Assembly: GCA_027077795.1 (NCBI GenBank)
Contig: JALWTT010000015.1
Span: forward strand, 247,441-311,440
Reading direction: 5' to 3'
Length of the DNA stretch: 64,000 nt
DNA from: Thermotogaceae bacterium
Lineage (GTDB): Bacteria; Thermotogota; Thermotogae; Thermotogales; Thermotogaceae
Positions 39,772 through 50,012 of the stretch are shown here, piece by piece. The notes beneath the pieces are model-generated. The model did no database searches and was not told where the DNA came from. It was given only the letters and a program-made list of their open reading frames with translations. Within the stretch, counting starts at the first letter, position 1. The number at the start of each line of letters is the position of its first letter. The translations under genes were made by a program, and so were the position numbers.

Positions 39772-41070
39772 TCACTTATAATATCCCTTTGATTTCAGAA
39801 ATTCGTATATCTCCTGGTTTGCTTCCTTCAAAGCTCCCTCTGGATCCATCTCTAGCGCCCATGCTTTTGCAAGGTATGTACCTAGTATGTCTTTCATCTC
39901 AGGGTAATCCGGAATCTGAGGTTCCGCGTATCCCCATTTATCAAGGGCGGGAAGTTTCACCTTGAATCTGGGGAACTTCGAAAGCACCTCAGGATCACTC
40001 AGGATGGATTTCCGAGGCGGAGAAGCACCGGCCATAGCGTATATCTTGGCACCCTCGGGGGATGCAGTAGCCCATGCTGCAAATATGAAGGCCTCCCTTT
40101 TGTGTTCTGAATGTGGGTTTATAACGAGCATTTGGTCATGTGCAGACTGCGCTCTTCTGATCCCTTCTGGGGTCATTACACCGGGCACCATGGCAACTCC
40201 CATCTTGTCCCATACGAGAGGAGAAGATTTCTTATCCCTTAAAGTAGGATACGCAGCGTCCCACTGAACAGCCATTGCAACCTGCCCTGTTTGAAGAGCA
40301 CCGAGAATTTCCATGTATTCGTATGTGGAAATGTCAGGTGGAACAAGACCCTCTCTGATCACCTTTGTGACCCATTTCAAAGCTTTGACAGCAGGTTCGC
40401 TGTCGAAAGCTGGCCTGTCGTACCACCATGTTCCACCGTATGATCTGAATATTTGGTACCAGAACATTGGAAGGGACTCACACTTTCTACCGTAGAATGC
40501 CAATCCGTATATTGTCGGAGAGCTTTTGTTGTACTTCTTTGTAAACTCTTTTGCAACTTTGTAGAGCTCATTCCACGTTTCAGGAGGCTTTTTGATCAAA
40601 TCTTTCCTATAAAACAGGAGGTACGTATTCGTGTCCGTTGGAAGGGCGTAAATCCTGCCCTTGTAGCTGACCAGCTTCATGGCTATGTCAAGCCAATCGT
40701 TCCTGTTGTAAGGGAACATGCTGTTATCATAATACCATTTGGTTATGTCAAGCGCCATGTCACTGACTGCGTACAACGCAGTGAAACCACTGAAAGATTC
40801 AAGAATGTCAGGGGTTTTTCCACCAGCTAGCAACGTGTTGTTAACATAGGTGTAGTAATCCGCTCTTGTAGCTTCGATGATTTTCACCTTAAATCCGTAT
40901 TTTTGAGCAAGATGTTTGTTCCAGTACTCCACTTGGGCCCTGTGGGCCGTACCTTCAGGGCCCGACCTGCAAAACAAAGTTATTTCGGGCATGGAAGTGC
41001 TGAACCCCACTAGAACTATCAAAACGACTATCCAAGCAAGCCATTTCCTCATCGTGGTCACCTCCTCCAA
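39772..41070 (-). CDS. ABC transporter substrate-binding protein (carbohydrate)
   Basis: Signal/TM N-terminus, 432 aa, family-1 sugar SBP. Adjacent to two permease genes. Confidence 0.85.
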   Translation of the reverse strand: MEEVTTMRKWLAWIVVLIVLVGFSTSMPEITLFCRSGPEGTAHRAQVEYWNKHLAQKYGFKVKIIEATRADYYTYVNNTLLAGGKTPDILESFSGFTALYAVSDMALDITKWYYDNSMFPYNRNDWLDIAMKLVSYKGRIYALPTDTNTYLLFYRKDLIKKPPETWNELYKVAKEFTKKYNKSSPTIYGLAFYGRKCESLPMFWYQIFRSYGGTWWYDRPAFDSEPAVKALKWVTKVIREGLVPPDISTYEYMEILGALQTGQVAMAVQWDAAYPTLRDKKSSPLVWDKMGVAMVPGVMTPEGIRRAQSAHDQMLVINPHSEHKREAFIFAAWATASPEGAKIYAMAGASPPRKSILSDPEVLSKFPRFKVKLPALDKWGYAEPQIPDYPEMKDILGTYLAKAWALEMDPEGALKEANQEIYEFLKSKGYYK

Positions 41071-41120
41071 GACATCGGAAATTGTTAAAAGTAAAAAATT
41101 TCTCGGCTTCCCACCTCCTT

Positions 41121-41939
41121 TTATTTAACCGCTCCGAAGGATAACCCTCTAACTAAGTACCTTTGAACGAACATCGTCACGATCAGCATGGGAACAATGG
41201 AGATCGTAGCTGCGGCTGCAATAGCCCCCCAATATATACTGTACCCAGTTATAAACCTTGCCATTCCCACGGTGAATGTAACAGCTCTGTCTTGAGTCAT
41301 GAGCAAGGCAAAAAAGAACTCGTTCCACACAAATATAAAGTTCAGTATGGAAACGGCCACTATGCCTGGCTTCATTAACGGAAGGATAATCTTCATCAGG
41401 ATTTTTCCCCGTGTGGCTCCATCGAGCATAGCAGCTTCCTCCACGGATTTGGGAATTTCATCCATGAATGATGTGAGAACCCATACAGATAGCGGTATTG
41501 TCATCGTCAAGTAGACAAAGGTCAGACCAAGTATGCTGTCTATAAGTCCTATCAAACGAAGTAAGAGGAAAAGGGGGAGCGCAAAAACAACAGGAGGCAC
41601 CATTCTTATCGACAGAATCCAGAAGGCCACACCCTTTTTCATCTTTCCGAATCTCAGTATACCGTATGCTGCAGGTAGGGATACCCCTAGGGCTACTATC
41701 GTCGAGAGTGAAGCTACAGCAACACTGTTGGTTACGTACTTTCCCAGGTAGAAAGTTTCGCTAAACAACATTTTGTAATTTTCAATAGTAGGTGTAAACG
41801 AAAATTTGAGATGAGGTTGCATGATCTCTGTTAGAGGTTTAAAAGAGGTGATAATTATGAACACTATGGGGAGATTTATTAACCCGACGGCGATGACTGC
41901 TGTTGTATAAAGAAAGGCATATTTTAGCCCCTTATGCAT
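41121..41939 (-). CDS. carbohydrate ABC transporter permease (MalG-like)
   Basis: EAA loop EAAMLDGATRGKI. 6 TM helices. 272 aa. Confidence 0.85.
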   Translation of the reverse strand: MHKGLKYAFLYTTAVIAVGLINLPIVFIIITSFKPLTEIMQPHLKFSFTPTIENYKMLFSETFYLGKYVTNSVAVASLSTIVALGVSLPAAYGILRFGKMKKGVAFWILSIRMVPPVVFALPLFLLLRLIGLIDSILGLTFVYLTMTIPLSVWVLTSFMDEIPKSVEEAAMLDGATRGKILMKIILPLMKPGIVAVSILNFIFVWNEFFFALLMTQDRAVTFTVGMARFITGYSIYWGAIAAAATISIVPMLIVTMFVQRYLVRGLSFGAVK

Positions 41940-42801
41940 TGCGATTCACCTCTTTGTAAAAGAAATTTATCACCCACTTGCTGATTATGATTACAGCGAT
42001 GAGGATTATCACTGTAAGTGCTGCTGCTTTCCCAAAATCGTAACGTGTAAACATCAGAAAATAGGTGTACAACGACATTGTCGTTGTGGCCGTCCCAGGT
42101 CCTCCACCGGTTATCACAAATACCTGGTCGAAAGCTTTAAAGGCATCCATTATTCTGAAAATTAGAACGACTCCTAGAACGTGCTTTAAAAGTGGTAGAG
42201 TTATATACCAAGTGCTTTTCCAATAAGAGGCACCGTCTATACGAGCCGCTTCAAAGGGTTCTTTTGGCAAAGTTTGCAGAGCCGAGAACACTATCAGGAA
42301 AACAAAGGATGTCCATTGAAAAATATCGACTAGTACAACTGCCATAAGGGCTGAAAAAGGACGGTTTAAGATGTTCAGCTCTGTTCCAAAGAAATCTCTG
42401 AAAAAGGCGGGTATAGGGCCGTATATGCTGTTATAACCAAGTTTGAAGATTATCCCATAAACGAGCGGTGCAACCATCATGGGAAGTACCATCAGTATCA
42501 TGAAAATCTTCTTACCTATTGGGAGGGAATCTATGAGCAGAGCTAATGCAACCCCAAGGACCATCTCTATTGTGACTGCTGTTATGACATATAGAGATGT
42601 AACTTTAACAGAATCAATGAATTTCGTATCCCTGAAAAGGGAGAAGTAATTTTTCAGGAAAACGAAATGTCCTCTATATATGTTGTACGCAGTTGATTCG
42701 GTGAAGCTTATATACAAGCTGAAGAAAAAAGGAAACAGGGCGACGAGTCCCAAGAGTGCAACCGCAGGAATAACGAACCTCCAGCCTTTGTCTTTATTCA
42801 T
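41932..42801 (-). CDS. carbohydrate ABC transporter permease (MalF-like)
   Basis: EAA loop FEAARIDGASYWKSTWYITLP. 6 TM helices. 289 aa. Confidence 0.85.
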   Translation of the reverse strand: MNKDKGWRFVIPAVALLGLVALFPFFFSLYISFTESTAYNIYRGHFVFLKNYFSLFRDTKFIDSVKVTSLYVITAVTIEMVLGVALALLIDSLPIGKKIFMILMVLPMMVAPLVYGIIFKLGYNSIYGPIPAFFRDFFGTELNILNRPFSALMAVVLVDIFQWTSFVFLIVFSALQTLPKEPFEAARIDGASYWKSTWYITLPLLKHVLGVVLIFRIMDAFKAFDQVFVITGGGPGTATTTMSLYTYFLMFTRYDFGKAAALTVIILIAVIIISKWVINFFYKEVNRNA

Positions 42802-43771
42802 GGATCAGAACCTCCTCTTTTCTCTCAAGAGCTTCGTAGGCTTTTTCCACTACCTGGGTTGCTTTGAGACCGTCATAACCTGTTGGAAAATCTTCTCTTT
42901 TTCCTTCAACCCAGTCTGCAAATCCGATGAGCATCTCCCTGTCCGCGTTATCTCCAAAGTTTATCCAATCTATCTCCTGCTCGATGTTACTGTAGAAGAT
43001 CAGATTTTGGGAGAATATATCAGCCTCTATGACACCATTCTCAAAGATCACTCTGAAGGTTACCTCGCCCCAGTAAGGATATGAGATAGGCTTTGACCAG
43101 CTACAATCTAACGTCATAGGAATGTCTCCAAGTTCGAGTGAAAGCACAGCGCTATCTTCAACCCTGAGATCGGGATGTATGTTACTTGCGACGAAGGCTT
43201 GTACTTTCGAAAACTCTCTACCAGTGAACCATCTGAAAAGATCGACAAGGTGTACCACGTGATCTGTGATCGCGCCACCTCCTGCCAATATTGGATCTGT
43301 AAACCATCCTGGAGGAAGCTTCCCCCTATTACTTGAAGTTATCATAAGGGGCTTACCTAACTCTTCTCTGTCGAAAATTTCCTTGATCTTCCTGGAAGCG
43401 GGATGAAATCTCACAGGAAATGCTGTCCCAAGTTTGGTACCATCTTTATAGGTTTTGTTTATCATTTCCTCCGCTTGTTTGACTGACAATGCAAGAGGTT
43501 TTTCACAGAGTATCCCCTTGACTTTCCCAGAGGAGGTCATCACGTGATCAAAATGCTTGGAGTTTTCTGAGGTTATTATGATCACCTCTACCTTTTCAAG
43601 AAAATCGTCGAGGTCTTCAAAAAAAGGTATTTCAAATTCGCTTGAAAATTTCTTTCCTCTGCTTACATTTTCATCCCATATCCCAACGAAGTCGAATCTC
43701 TTTTCTTTTTTCAGAATATCTGCGTAGCTGCTAGCGTGTACATGCGCTGCTGATATCATCCCTATTCTCAT
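42794..43771 (-). CDS. Gfo/Idh/MocA-family oxidoreductase
   Basis: N-terminal Rossmann fold MRIGMISAAHVHA...EKPLA. 325 aa. Second of a tandem pair. Confidence 0.75.
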   Translation of the reverse strand: MRIGMISAAHVHASSYADILKKEKRFDFVGIWDENVSRGKKFSSEFEIPFFEDLDDFLEKVEVIIITSENSKHFDHVMTSSGKVKGILCEKPLALSVKQAEEMINKTYKDGTKLGTAFPVRFHPASRKIKEIFDREELGKPLMITSSNRGKLPPGWFTDPILAGGGAITDHVVHLVDLFRWFTGREFSKVQAFVASNIHPDLRVEDSAVLSLELGDIPMTLDCSWSKPISYPYWGEVTFRVIFENGVIEADIFSQNLIFYSNIEQEIDWINFGDNADREMLIGFADWVEGKREDFPTGYDGLKATQVVEKAYEALERKEEVLIHE

Positions 43772-44754
43772 ATGCTCACCACCTTTACCGTTTTTCGTTC
43801 TCGCGCCGATTCTATAGACATTAAAGCCACGTTGAGAGATTTGAACGCATCTTCCGCTGGGATTTCAACTGGCAGATCCTCTTCCACTGATGTGAGAAAA
43901 CTGCTCATAACGCGAGCGTACGGGTTCAGTGTGAAGGGTGATTTCACCGAGATCCCTTTGCTTTCGTAGACGCTCACTGGGGCGATGTGGGTACTTTCGA
44001 AGGAGAGCATCCCTTTTGTTCCAACAACCTCTACAGAAGTTCTGAACGGCGATCTTTCAGGAAACGCCCATGTCCCCTCAATATGAACAACCGCGCCATT
44101 TTTGAACGAAAGAATTATGTAGCAGTGATCTCTCTTTATGTTCTCAGAAAAATCCAAAGACCGTGCGTGGATTTCTTCGACCTCACCGAGCGTCCATATC
44201 CAGTAGTCGATATCATGAATGGCCAGGTCGAGAATCACACCTCCGCTTTTCTTAAAACTTCTGAACCAGTTTGACCAAGACGGGAAAGGGCCTCCACGGA
44301 AACTTCGGGCTTCGCTCACTCTTCCAATTTCACCCAGTAGAATACGGTTGTGTATTTCCCTATATTCCGGGAAAAACCTGACCACATGATCCACCATGAA
44401 CTTTGTTCCAGTCCTTTTCACCTCAGATACAATCCACCTTGCTTCTTCTATGGACCTGGCTAGTGGTTTCTCGGAGAGAACGGGCTTCCTTCTCTCGAAT
44501 ATCATCTCCAGGTATCTTCTTCTAGCGGTAGTTGGAATTGCCAGGATTAGGGCATCAACGGAATCTAAAAGTTCCTCAAAGGAATCTGCTACTTTGCAAG
44601 GATGCCTTTTTACAAACTCTGAAACTGCCTTTGGGTCTATATCATAGACCATGTGGAGCTCTCCGTTGTTTAATTCATCAAGAGCTTCGGCATGAATATT
44701 GCCTATGAAGCCAGCACCAACAATACCCACCTTAATCACGCTATCACCTCTCAC
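43768..44754 (-). CDS. Gfo/Idh/MocA-family oxidoreductase (inositol/sugar dehydrogenase-like)
   Basis: VGIVGAGFIGNIHAEAL Rossmann motif and the EKP motif. 328 aa. Confidence 0.85.
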   Translation of the reverse strand: MRGDSVIKVGIVGAGFIGNIHAEALDELNNGELHMVYDIDPKAVSEFVKRHPCKVADSFEELLDSVDALILAIPTTARRRYLEMIFERRKPVLSEKPLARSIEEARWIVSEVKRTGTKFMVDHVVRFFPEYREIHNRILLGEIGRVSEARSFRGGPFPSWSNWFRSFKKSGGVILDLAIHDIDYWIWTLGEVEEIHARSLDFSENIKRDHCYIILSFKNGAVVHIEGTWAFPERSPFRTSVEVVGTKGMLSFESTHIAPVSVYESKGISVKSPFTLNPYARVMSSFLTSVEEDLPVEIPAEDAFKSLNVALMSIESARERKTVKVVSI

Positions 44755-45880
44755 TCAGTTTTTTCACAACATCCAGGTCGAACCATCTTTCCACAGTCAA
44801 TCTGTATGCGCCATAGAGGGAAAAATCGGCCTCTTCAGCTGCAACCCGAAAGATGCTGTGCTCTCTCTTTGTGAGCTTTGCAATGTTATCCACTACCATC
44901 CTGAGAAGTGTTGGTAGATACCTGACGATCTCGCCATCGAAGATCACTACTTGGGGATCAAGTCCAATCACCAAAACCGACAGAAATTGTGCAACAGTCC
45001 TGGATATCTTTTGAAGCTCTTTCTCAACGAGTTTTTCTTCTGAGTGCCTTTCAAGGAAGCGAAGGATGTCTTCTACAGTTCTGGCATCCAGGTTTGGGAA
45101 TCTGCTTTGTGCAAACTTGATAGTGGATTCTTCAGAAATCACCCTTTCAAGTTCATAAAGCTTTCCACGAAAGGGGATCAAGACTTGGCCTATTTCACCA
45201 GCTAGGCCTCTGTAACCTCTGTGAACTTTCCCGTCTATCACTATCCCTGCACCTATTCCTATTCCGAAATAAAAAGCCACGAGATTTTTAACCCCGCCGA
45301 AATACTGAGAGGCACCATAAGCTATCATGTTTGAGTCATTTTCCCATATGAGGTTAACCTTACGATTGCAGCAGGGAATCTTTGACGGGAGTTTAATGTT
45401 CCTCCATCCGTAATATCTACTCCACACGAGTGTATTTGTCTCATGATCAATCGGTGCCGGTATTGAGAATGAAATGCCAAGGAGATTCTCGTATCCTTTG
45501 CTTAGAAAGTGTGAGAAAGTTTCCAACAATCTGCTCATGATGATTTCCAGGAGCTTGTTAAATTCGATATCTCTGTCAAAGGTGATCACATTTTTTGATA
45601 CCATGTTTCCTGTGAGATCCAGGAATTTCATCGTAGCTTCTTCATACGATATTTCTACAAATGCACACAAGCCATATTTTTCGTTCAATTTCAGGAGTAT
45701 AGGCTTTCTACCACGAAACCCCGTCCCTTTTCCCTCTTCCACGACCAATCCTTCGTTCTTCAAGCGATTTACTATATCAGTCACAGCGGGAAAGCTTATG
45801 TGAAGGTCCCTAGAGAGTTGACTTCTTGAGACTGAACGAGGGTTAACCAGCAAATATGAAATGGTTCTTTTGTAGTTCAA
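44744..45880 (-). CDS. ROK-family transcriptional regulator
   Basis: N-terminal wHTH, then ROK sugar-kinase-like fold with glycine-rich motifs FGIGIGAGIV and GLAGEIG. 378 aa. Confidence 0.85.
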   Translation of the reverse strand: MNYKRTISYLLVNPRSVSRSQLSRDLHISFPAVTDIVNRLKNEGLVVEEGKGTGFRGRKPILLKLNEKYGLCAFVEISYEEATMKFLDLTGNMVSKNVITFDRDIEFNKLLEIIMSRLLETFSHFLSKGYENLLGISFSIPAPIDHETNTLVWSRYYGWRNIKLPSKIPCCNRKVNLIWENDSNMIAYGASQYFGGVKNLVAFYFGIGIGAGIVIDGKVHRGYRGLAGEIGQVLIPFRGKLYELERVISEESTIKFAQSRFPNLDARTVEDILRFLERHSEEKLVEKELQKISRTVAQFLSVLVIGLDPQVVIFDGEIVRYLPTLLRMVVDNIAKLTKREHSIFRVAAEEADFSLYGAYRLTVERWFDLDVVKKLSER

Positions 45881-46037
45881 AAGATTGATCTTCTGTGAGA
45901 CACGCGTAGGTTTCGTCGGCTATCACCCCTTTATTTTTTACCCTAAAAAAATATATCATTTTAGAAGCTGTGAAGTCAAGGAATGTCACTATCAAATTAG
46001 AGTGGAGGGAATGCAGGTTGCGACAATTTCGTTTGTT

Positions 46038-46061
46038 GTCGTAAAATGTCAATTTTACGAC
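46038..46061. promoter_or_regulatory. 24-bp perfect palindrome (10-bp arms, 4-bp spacer) in the divergent ROK / PAS-GGDEF intergenic region; candidate operator
   Basis: gtcgtaaaat-gtca-attttacgac read directly. Nested inside a second short inverted repeat, cgacaa...ttgtcg. Confidence 0.35.
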
Positions 46062-46185
46062 GTAGGCTGATGAGGCTTTTCAAAAGAAACTGGTATACCA
46101 GCGGTCTCAAAGGCTTTTCACAAATGATTCTTAGCGTGGATTTAGAAGAATTCCAAAAAATGGGAGTTTTGCGCTATAATCACTC

Positions 46186-47520
46186 TTGAGGTGTCTGAAG
46201 TTGAACGAAAACATCTTTTTGAACATCACCCCTGCCGATTTAGAGAAATTTGAAAAGCTAGACAAGGGGATCCTCATATACGATAAAAGCGGGAATATAA
46301 AGTACGCCAACCCATACGCATTGGCAATCCTTGGTTATGCAACTGTAAAAGATTTGAGAAACGGATGGAAAGTTGTTCCACCCGAATACAAAGAACTGAT
46401 AAATAAGAGAATTGAAGAGACTCTAAGTGGGGAACCTTCACCTATGCTGACAGTAAAACTCATCACTTCGAGCGGTGGAGAGGAGATAGTGAAGTCCAGA
46501 ACCCTTCCAGTGATTTTCAACGGTGAAAAGCTCTCCATGGCGATCTTCACCAGAGAAGCCGAAGAGAGGTTCAAGAGGATCTCAGTCAAAGATGCTTTCC
46601 GCACTGTAAGGGATGTTGTAGAACCGGTTCTTGAGGATCGTTTTGTTGATCTTCCCAGGGTTCTCGAGCGCATCTACAAAAGTATTAAGGTTATTTTCAC
46701 CGATTTGGATATGATCTTTGTGAACCTGAACGGGGATGTGATTTTCTCCACGTTGAGTGAAATGCCAGATACGGAGGGAAGTTTTCCACTGAGGGAGTGC
46801 ATGGAGAATGTGAAAGAGATATACTCTTCTGGAAAGGAGATCGGTGGAAAGGTTTATACAGATTTTGTGGCTCCGGTAGCACATGGCGGTAGAGTCTTTG
46901 GGGCATTGGCTTTCAGGAAAGAAGGTTATGGTGCCTTTGTGCCAGAGGATGTCGAGACGTTCAGAACCATAGCCGAGATAGCTTCACTTGTCTCAAGGCT
47001 CTCCGAGATGATGACTGAGATTGAGAAGGAGAGGGAAGATCTCGTGTACAAGGCCATGAGAGATAACCTGACAGGAGCTTACACTAGGAATTACCTCGAT
47101 GAATTCATCAGAAAGATTGTTTCTTACCTCACAAGAAAGGGAAGTAAAGTTGCAGTGGTTATGATGGACATGGATAATTTGAAATTCGTAAACGACACGT
47201 ATGGACATTTGGAGGGAGATAAGTTGCTGAGGGATTTTTCGAGGATTGTAATCGAGAACATCAGGAAGTCCGATTTTCTCGTGAGGTTAGGTGGGGATGA
47301 ATTTCTCCTGGTTCTCCCTGAAAATGGTGAAGAAGGCGCACGGTCAACGATGAAAAGGATAATCGAGAGGATCGACGAGGAGAATTCAACTAGAAACCCA
47401 AAGATTCTGTTCTCCTACGGAATATCCACTGTGGGAGGAAAAGGACTTGATCATGCCATAAAGGCGGCTGATATGAGAATGTACGAGATGAAGAAAAGGC
47501 GGCATTCCAACATGTTCTGA
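46186..47520 (+). CDS. PAS/sensor-domain diguanylate cyclase (GGDEF)
   Basis: N-terminal PAS-like region. GGDEF with NLTGAYTRNYLDE, MMDMDNLKFVNDTYGH, RLGGDEF. 444 aa. Confidence 0.85.
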   Translation: MRCLKLNENIFLNITPADLEKFEKLDKGILIYDKSGNIKYANPYALAILGYATVKDLRNGWKVVPPEYKELINKRIEETLSGEPSPMLTVKLITSSGGEEIVKSRTLPVIFNGEKLSMAIFTREAEERFKRISVKDAFRTVRDVVEPVLEDRFVDLPRVLERIYKSIKVIFTDLDMIFVNLNGDVIFSTLSEMPDTEGSFPLRECMENVKEIYSSGKEIGGKVYTDFVAPVAHGGRVFGALAFRKEGYGAFVPEDVETFRTIAEIASLVSRLSEMMTEIEKEREDLVYKAMRDNLTGAYTRNYLDEFIRKIVSYLTRKGSKVAVVMMDMDNLKFVNDTYGHLEGDKLLRDFSRIVIENIRKSDFLVRLGGDEFLLVLPENGEEGARSTMKRIIERIDEENSTRNPKILFSYGISTVGGKGLDHAIKAADMRMYEMKKRRHSNMF

Positions 47521-47595
47521 TTCATTTTTCAATAGACTTGGGTAACGAGAACTTTCATTGTAAACTCTCAGGACGAGAAAAAAGGAGGGAGTTGT

Positions 47596-49323
47596 GTGAG
47601 GATAAAAGAGATCATTCCATACGCTTTGGGGAAGAAACCAGCTCATGTTTTGTTCAAAAACGCCAGGATAGTCAACGTGTTCACCGGTGAGGTAGAAGAA
47701 GGGAACATAGCTGTGTTCAAAAAAAGGATAGCTGGAGTTGGCGATTATGAGGAAGGAGAGAAAGTGATAGATCTTCGCGGTCTCTACGTGGTTCCAGGCT
47801 TGATCGATGCTCACCTTCATATAGAGAGTTCCATGCTTTCACCGAGACAGTTTGCAAAGGCTGTTCTTCTTCATGGAACCACAACCGTCATAGCCGACCC
47901 TCACGAGATAGCCAACGTACTGGGACTTGATGGGATCGAATACATGATAGAGGCAACTGAAGGGATTCCTTTGAATGTGTACATAGCTATTCCCTCTGCT
48001 GTCCCAGCCTCTCCCAAATTTGAGACGTCAGGTGCTAGGATAGGGCCAGAGGACATCATCAACTTTGTTGAAAGGTATCCAAAGAGAATCATAGCTCTTG
48101 GAGAGGTGATGAACTTTCCAGGAGTTCTGAACGTTGATTACGAAACAATAGCAAAGATAGAAATATTGAGGCACAAGTACAAAAAAATTGACGGGCATGC
48201 TCCTGGCTTAACTGGAAGGGATCTGAACGCTTACATAAGTGCTTTCATAAGGTCGGACCATGAGTCCACAACGGCTAAAGAGGCTCTCGAGAAGATAAGC
48301 AGGGGGATGCAGATTTTCATAAGGGAAGGAACAACCGCGAAAAACTTGGAGGCGTTGATAAAGGCGGTTAACGAGAAAAATCAGTTTTTCTTCTCCTTCT
48401 GTACAGATGATAAAGACGCACTCGACATACTCGAGGAGGGGCATATAGATTTCAACATAAAAAAGGCACTCTCCCATGGGATAGATCCAATAACCGCTAT
48501 CAGGATGGCTACGATAAACACCGCTAGGTACTTCAATCTAAGGAGCATGGGTGCAGTCGCTCCTGGATATAAGGCGGATCTCGTGATTTTAGAGGATCTT
48601 GAAAGCTTCAGCATAAGAATGGTTGTGAAAGATGGAAAAATAGTGGTTGAGGATAGGAAATTTGTTGGGACGCTTCAAGGTAGAATACCGAACGTCCCGA
48701 ATACAGTTGGTTATGTGAAGCTCCCCAAATTTACGGCGAAGGATTTGAAGATCAAGGATAAGGGGGAGAAAATAAGGGTCATAAAAGTGTATGAAAATAG
48801 CCTCATAACGGACGAACTTGTGGTTGAGCCCACGGTCAAGGATGGTTATGTTATCCCGGATATCGATAGGGATCTACTCAAGATAGCGGTGTTTGACAGG
48901 CACACCGGCTCGGATTTCACTATCGGATTTGTGAATGGATTTGGACTGAAAAGAGGAGCCCTTTCTGCAAGTATAGGTCATGATTCCCACAACGTCTTCT
49001 CGATAGGGACTAGCGATGAGGACATCGAGTTCGCCGCTAAAGAAATCCAGAAGATGAATGGGGGGATAGTCCTAGTCGACGGAGGAAAGGTGGTGGAGGC
49101 TATACCTCTTCCAATAGCTGGGCTCATGTCAAATGAACCGCTTGAGAAGGTTGCAGATAGAGTGAGAAAGCTGGATGGAAAGCTCGTTGAATACGGTACC
49201 AACAAAGAGAAAATGATGGGAGTATTTTTCATTCAGCTCTCAGTCATACCGAAGCTCAAAATAACCGATAAGGGAATAGTGGATGTTTCAAGGCAGCGTT
49301 TTGTAGACCTCTTTGTAGGATGA
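47596..49323 (+). CDS. ade: adenine deaminase
   Basis: Amidohydrolase metal site VVPGLIDAHLHIESSML plus Ade C-terminal domain. 575 aa. GGAGGG RBS. Confidence 0.85.
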   Translation: MRIKEIIPYALGKKPAHVLFKNARIVNVFTGEVEEGNIAVFKKRIAGVGDYEEGEKVIDLRGLYVVPGLIDAHLHIESSMLSPRQFAKAVLLHGTTTVIADPHEIANVLGLDGIEYMIEATEGIPLNVYIAIPSAVPASPKFETSGARIGPEDIINFVERYPKRIIALGEVMNFPGVLNVDYETIAKIEILRHKYKKIDGHAPGLTGRDLNAYISAFIRSDHESTTAKEALEKISRGMQIFIREGTTAKNLEALIKAVNEKNQFFFSFCTDDKDALDILEEGHIDFNIKKALSHGIDPITAIRMATINTARYFNLRSMGAVAPGYKADLVILEDLESFSIRMVVKDGKIVVEDRKFVGTLQGRIPNVPNTVGYVKLPKFTAKDLKIKDKGEKIRVIKVYENSLITDELVVEPTVKDGYVIPDIDRDLLKIAVFDRHTGSDFTIGFVNGFGLKRGALSASIGHDSHNVFSIGTSDEDIEFAAKEIQKMNGGIVLVDGGKVVEAIPLPIAGLMSNEPLEKVADRVRKLDGKLVEYGTNKEKMMGVFFIQLSVIPKLKITDKGIVDVSRQRFVDLFVG

Positions 49324-49565
49324 GTGGGGGTGATGCCTTATGCGGGTGGCTAATACCTCAAGAGTGGGAGTATATATCCCCCAGTACTCCCACAGATCTG
49401 CTACAACTCCGAGGACAAGCTGGCATCCTGCGAGAAATCCAGCAGAACGGGCTATAGATAGAATGGCAATGGCTGGGAGAATAGCCAGAATGGGTGCGAT
49501 CAATAGAATGAGGATATTCTACAAGGCACTTGAGAGATCTCTTATAGATATGACGGGGTGATCTG

Positions 49566-50012
49566 GTGAAAAGCTTTCTAATTGCGTTGATTCCGATTTT
49601 GGCTTTTCCAGCGTACATGACGGTGGGAATCGACTACGATCTGAGCTGGTTTCCATTTGTGGGCTTCGGGGATTCCTCGGGCAAGGATTACTTTGAAATG
49701 AGGTTTGGTTTTAGGAATATTGACGAGGTTTGGACATTGAAGATCTCTGGGATGTACTACAAAAGCATTTGGAAAGACTTATCGGGATTTTTCTCAGTAG
49801 AGAGTTTTCTAACAACAGGAGGGGAGAATGAACTTTTCTCCTTGAAAGTTTCCGAGAGGGATTTCATTTATACGCTGGGATTGGGCATATCGTATGAGAT
49901 AAACTTTTGGAATATGGGGATTGGGCTATCTGGAGGAGAAAGCTTTGTGTTGCCCTTTGGAGCGTCATCAGATCTAATACTTGCTCCCTACTTGGGACTT
50001 TCCCTTCGCTGA
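49566..50012 (+). CDS. hypothetical small secreted Gly/aromatic-rich protein
   Basis: Signal-peptide-like MKSFLIALIPILAFPAYM, 148 aa, beta-rich composition. 3' end overlaps nth convergently by 39 bp. Confidence 0.4.
   Translation: MKSFLIALIPILAFPAYMTVGIDYDLSWFPFVGFGDSSGKDYFEMRFGFRNIDEVWTLKISGMYYKSIWKDLSGFFSVESFLTTGGENELFSLKVSERDFIYTLGLGISYEINFWNMGIGLSGGESFVLPFGASSDLILAPYLGLSLR

Noticed and set aside
49340-49561. Plus-strand 73-aa Arg/Met-rich ORF in the ade downstream spacer
   Set aside because: Composition is driven by the GC-rich hairpin region and there is no RBS. The region was kept as a structured-RNA / small-peptide finding instead of a called CDS.
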